A stretch of DNA of 64,000 bases, from the NCBI RefSeq assembly GCF_036321535.1, contig NC_087438.1, positions 10,108,001-10,172,000 of the forward strand, in the 5' to 3' direction. The DNA comes from Camelus dromedarius. Lineage: Eukaryota. Both the position numbers and the translations under genes were made by a program. Under the pieces are notes generated by a model. The model saw only the letters and a list, made by a program, of their open reading frames with translations, was not told the origin of the DNA and searched no databases. Below are positions 62,211 through 64,000 of this stretch, piece after piece. The first letter of the stretch is position 1. The number at the start of each line of letters is the position of its first letter.

Positions 62211-64000
62211 TTTCCCGATTTTGAAGTAAATTCACATATAGTTTATAAATTTTTTGAGACTACCCCAGCTGTCCATCTAGAATGTCCCCTAGGTTTTCCT
62301 GTCTCTCTAGCTGTTCCTTCCTAAACTCTTTGCCAGGCTTTCCTTCCTTTGAAACATAAATTTTGCTGTTTTTCAGAATTTTGTCCTTAGTCTGTGAGTA
62401 ATCAGTTTTCAGATAGTAATAATAAAAGTTAATAGGAATCATACAGGTTTCTGGAATAAGGCTTTAGAAACTAAATGCAGCATGAAGTTTATTTGCTTTT
62501 ATGAATGTGATGTGGTTATGTTGATTTATTCTAGCAAAGAAGTGATTTCTGAAAACAGGGTTAGCTTTTATCTACTAAATGCAGTTTAGTAGGGAGATAG
62601 TTTCAAATCAGGAGCTTCACAGTGGGGATAAACGAAGACAGAAGGGTTCTTGGTGGCTGGAAGATTAGGAACTGATGTATTTATGTATGTGAAAATCATT
62701 GTAAAAGTTTAGCTAAGCTGTCATCCTGAGACTGTCCCCCTCCCCCTTTTTTACATAACAGCAGATTTTCATTCCCCTCACTCTTCCCTTGCTGTGAACA
62801 GTTGCATTTAAGCATTATCAGCATTAAAAACATATTTGGGAGGAAATCCAAGCCAAGCATCTGTTAAGCAGCCAGACATTCTCCAAAAACCCTTTCAGCT
62901 GTAAGCAGTGGGTGTGTGCGCCTTGTCCCCTTCCACACACGCGGAGACTGGCTGCCTGCGTTCTTTGGGGAGGGGTGGGTAGGAGAGGAGGTGGTTCCTC
63001 CGCAGACTTTTAGACAAGGGGGAAGGGCATGGGGAGGGGAGAGACTACCTGTGTTTCACCAAAGGCATCAAGTTCTATGTGGTAGAAAACAAGACCCCAG
63101 TTATCAACATCTGATAAAATTCTGTAAGTCTAGTAATTGGTTTGAATTTGAGAGGATATTAAACTTGGATTTTTCTCCCCACTTTCTTTCTTTCATTTTT
63201 TCCCCCTCTTAGTACAGCCTCGATGGCATTTCTTCATTAAAGCTGTTGGCAAAACCCATTTTAGATACAATATGATGTAAGTTTGAAGTTTATATTATTT
63301 TCTCATGAACTGTGAAACAAGTTTGTAAGAGTTGTTCTTGGGTTCCTAGAGTGTGACTGGTTAAGTACTGGTGATAGTTTTTTAGGGAAATAGTGATGCA
63401 TTTCAGTACATTGAAAGGAGCAAAAATGTTATTTTAATTCTCTTTTTTTGTTATTTATCAGTGTTAAATTGAGGCTTTTTTTTTTTTTTCTTTCCCTACT
63501 GAGCTTATTTTTGGTGAAGACCACTAAAGCAGTTTGAGGGCCTTGTTCAAAGAGGAGTCTTTTCCAAAGACCTTTCTTTCATATTAACTTACAACAGGCT
63601 TTGTTTTGGGCCTGTCTCATCTATATTTGAATTCACAGTTAATGTGTAATTATCTCTTGAGCATCATAAATTTCCTTATAGTAAGAGAATTAAATGATAC
63701 TGATTTAGGGAAACCAAATAGAAATTATGGAGTAGGCAGAAGATTTTGTGATCTTTTACTAATCTTTGGTACGATCATAAAATCTGTCCGTAGTAAAACC
63801 AGCACTGTTTTAGGATGGCCTTTAGCGGGTACCGTGGGAGCAGGCTGGAGGGAGTGGAGAGAGTCAGCTGTTACTCCGGACTTTAGACTGTGTGTTTTAA
63901 AAAAGTTTTTAGAACCTTTTATTTATTTGAAACTTTAGTTATGTATAGACTGATTTTTATAATGTTGGACTTAGAGAACTTTCAGATTCTAAAACTGATT

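Overview
This is mammalian, most likely camelid (camel, alpaca or llama), non-coding genomic DNA. Two tRNA-Ala-derived retroposons of the camelid Vic-1 type and a lineage-type L1 3' stub point to that host. I can support no protein-coding gene, CRISPR array or rRNA, and the supplied ORFs look like chance ORFs or translations of repeats. The + strand looks T- and G-rich by eye, which would fit the sense strand of one long intron of an unidentified gene. The window holds the usual ancient repeats: L1M 3' ends, MIR and L2 fragments, MaLR and ERVL LTRs, and hAT and Tigger DNA transposons, several with readable target-site duplications. Repeat family names come from my recall of consensus sequences and need Dfam/RepeatMasker confirmation, and boundaries of old elements are approximate. 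I found no convincing novel multi-gene system. The best leads are: (1) a retroposed tRNA-Ala copy with an intact cloverleaf and the Ala G3:U70 pair but a Thr (AGT) anticodon; (2) a Tigger2-ended MITE carrying MIR-like internal DNA; (3) a perfect 24-bp CpG-rich duplication of an NRF1-like, Z-DNA-prone motif; (4) several candidate micro-exons and a candidate recursive splice site.
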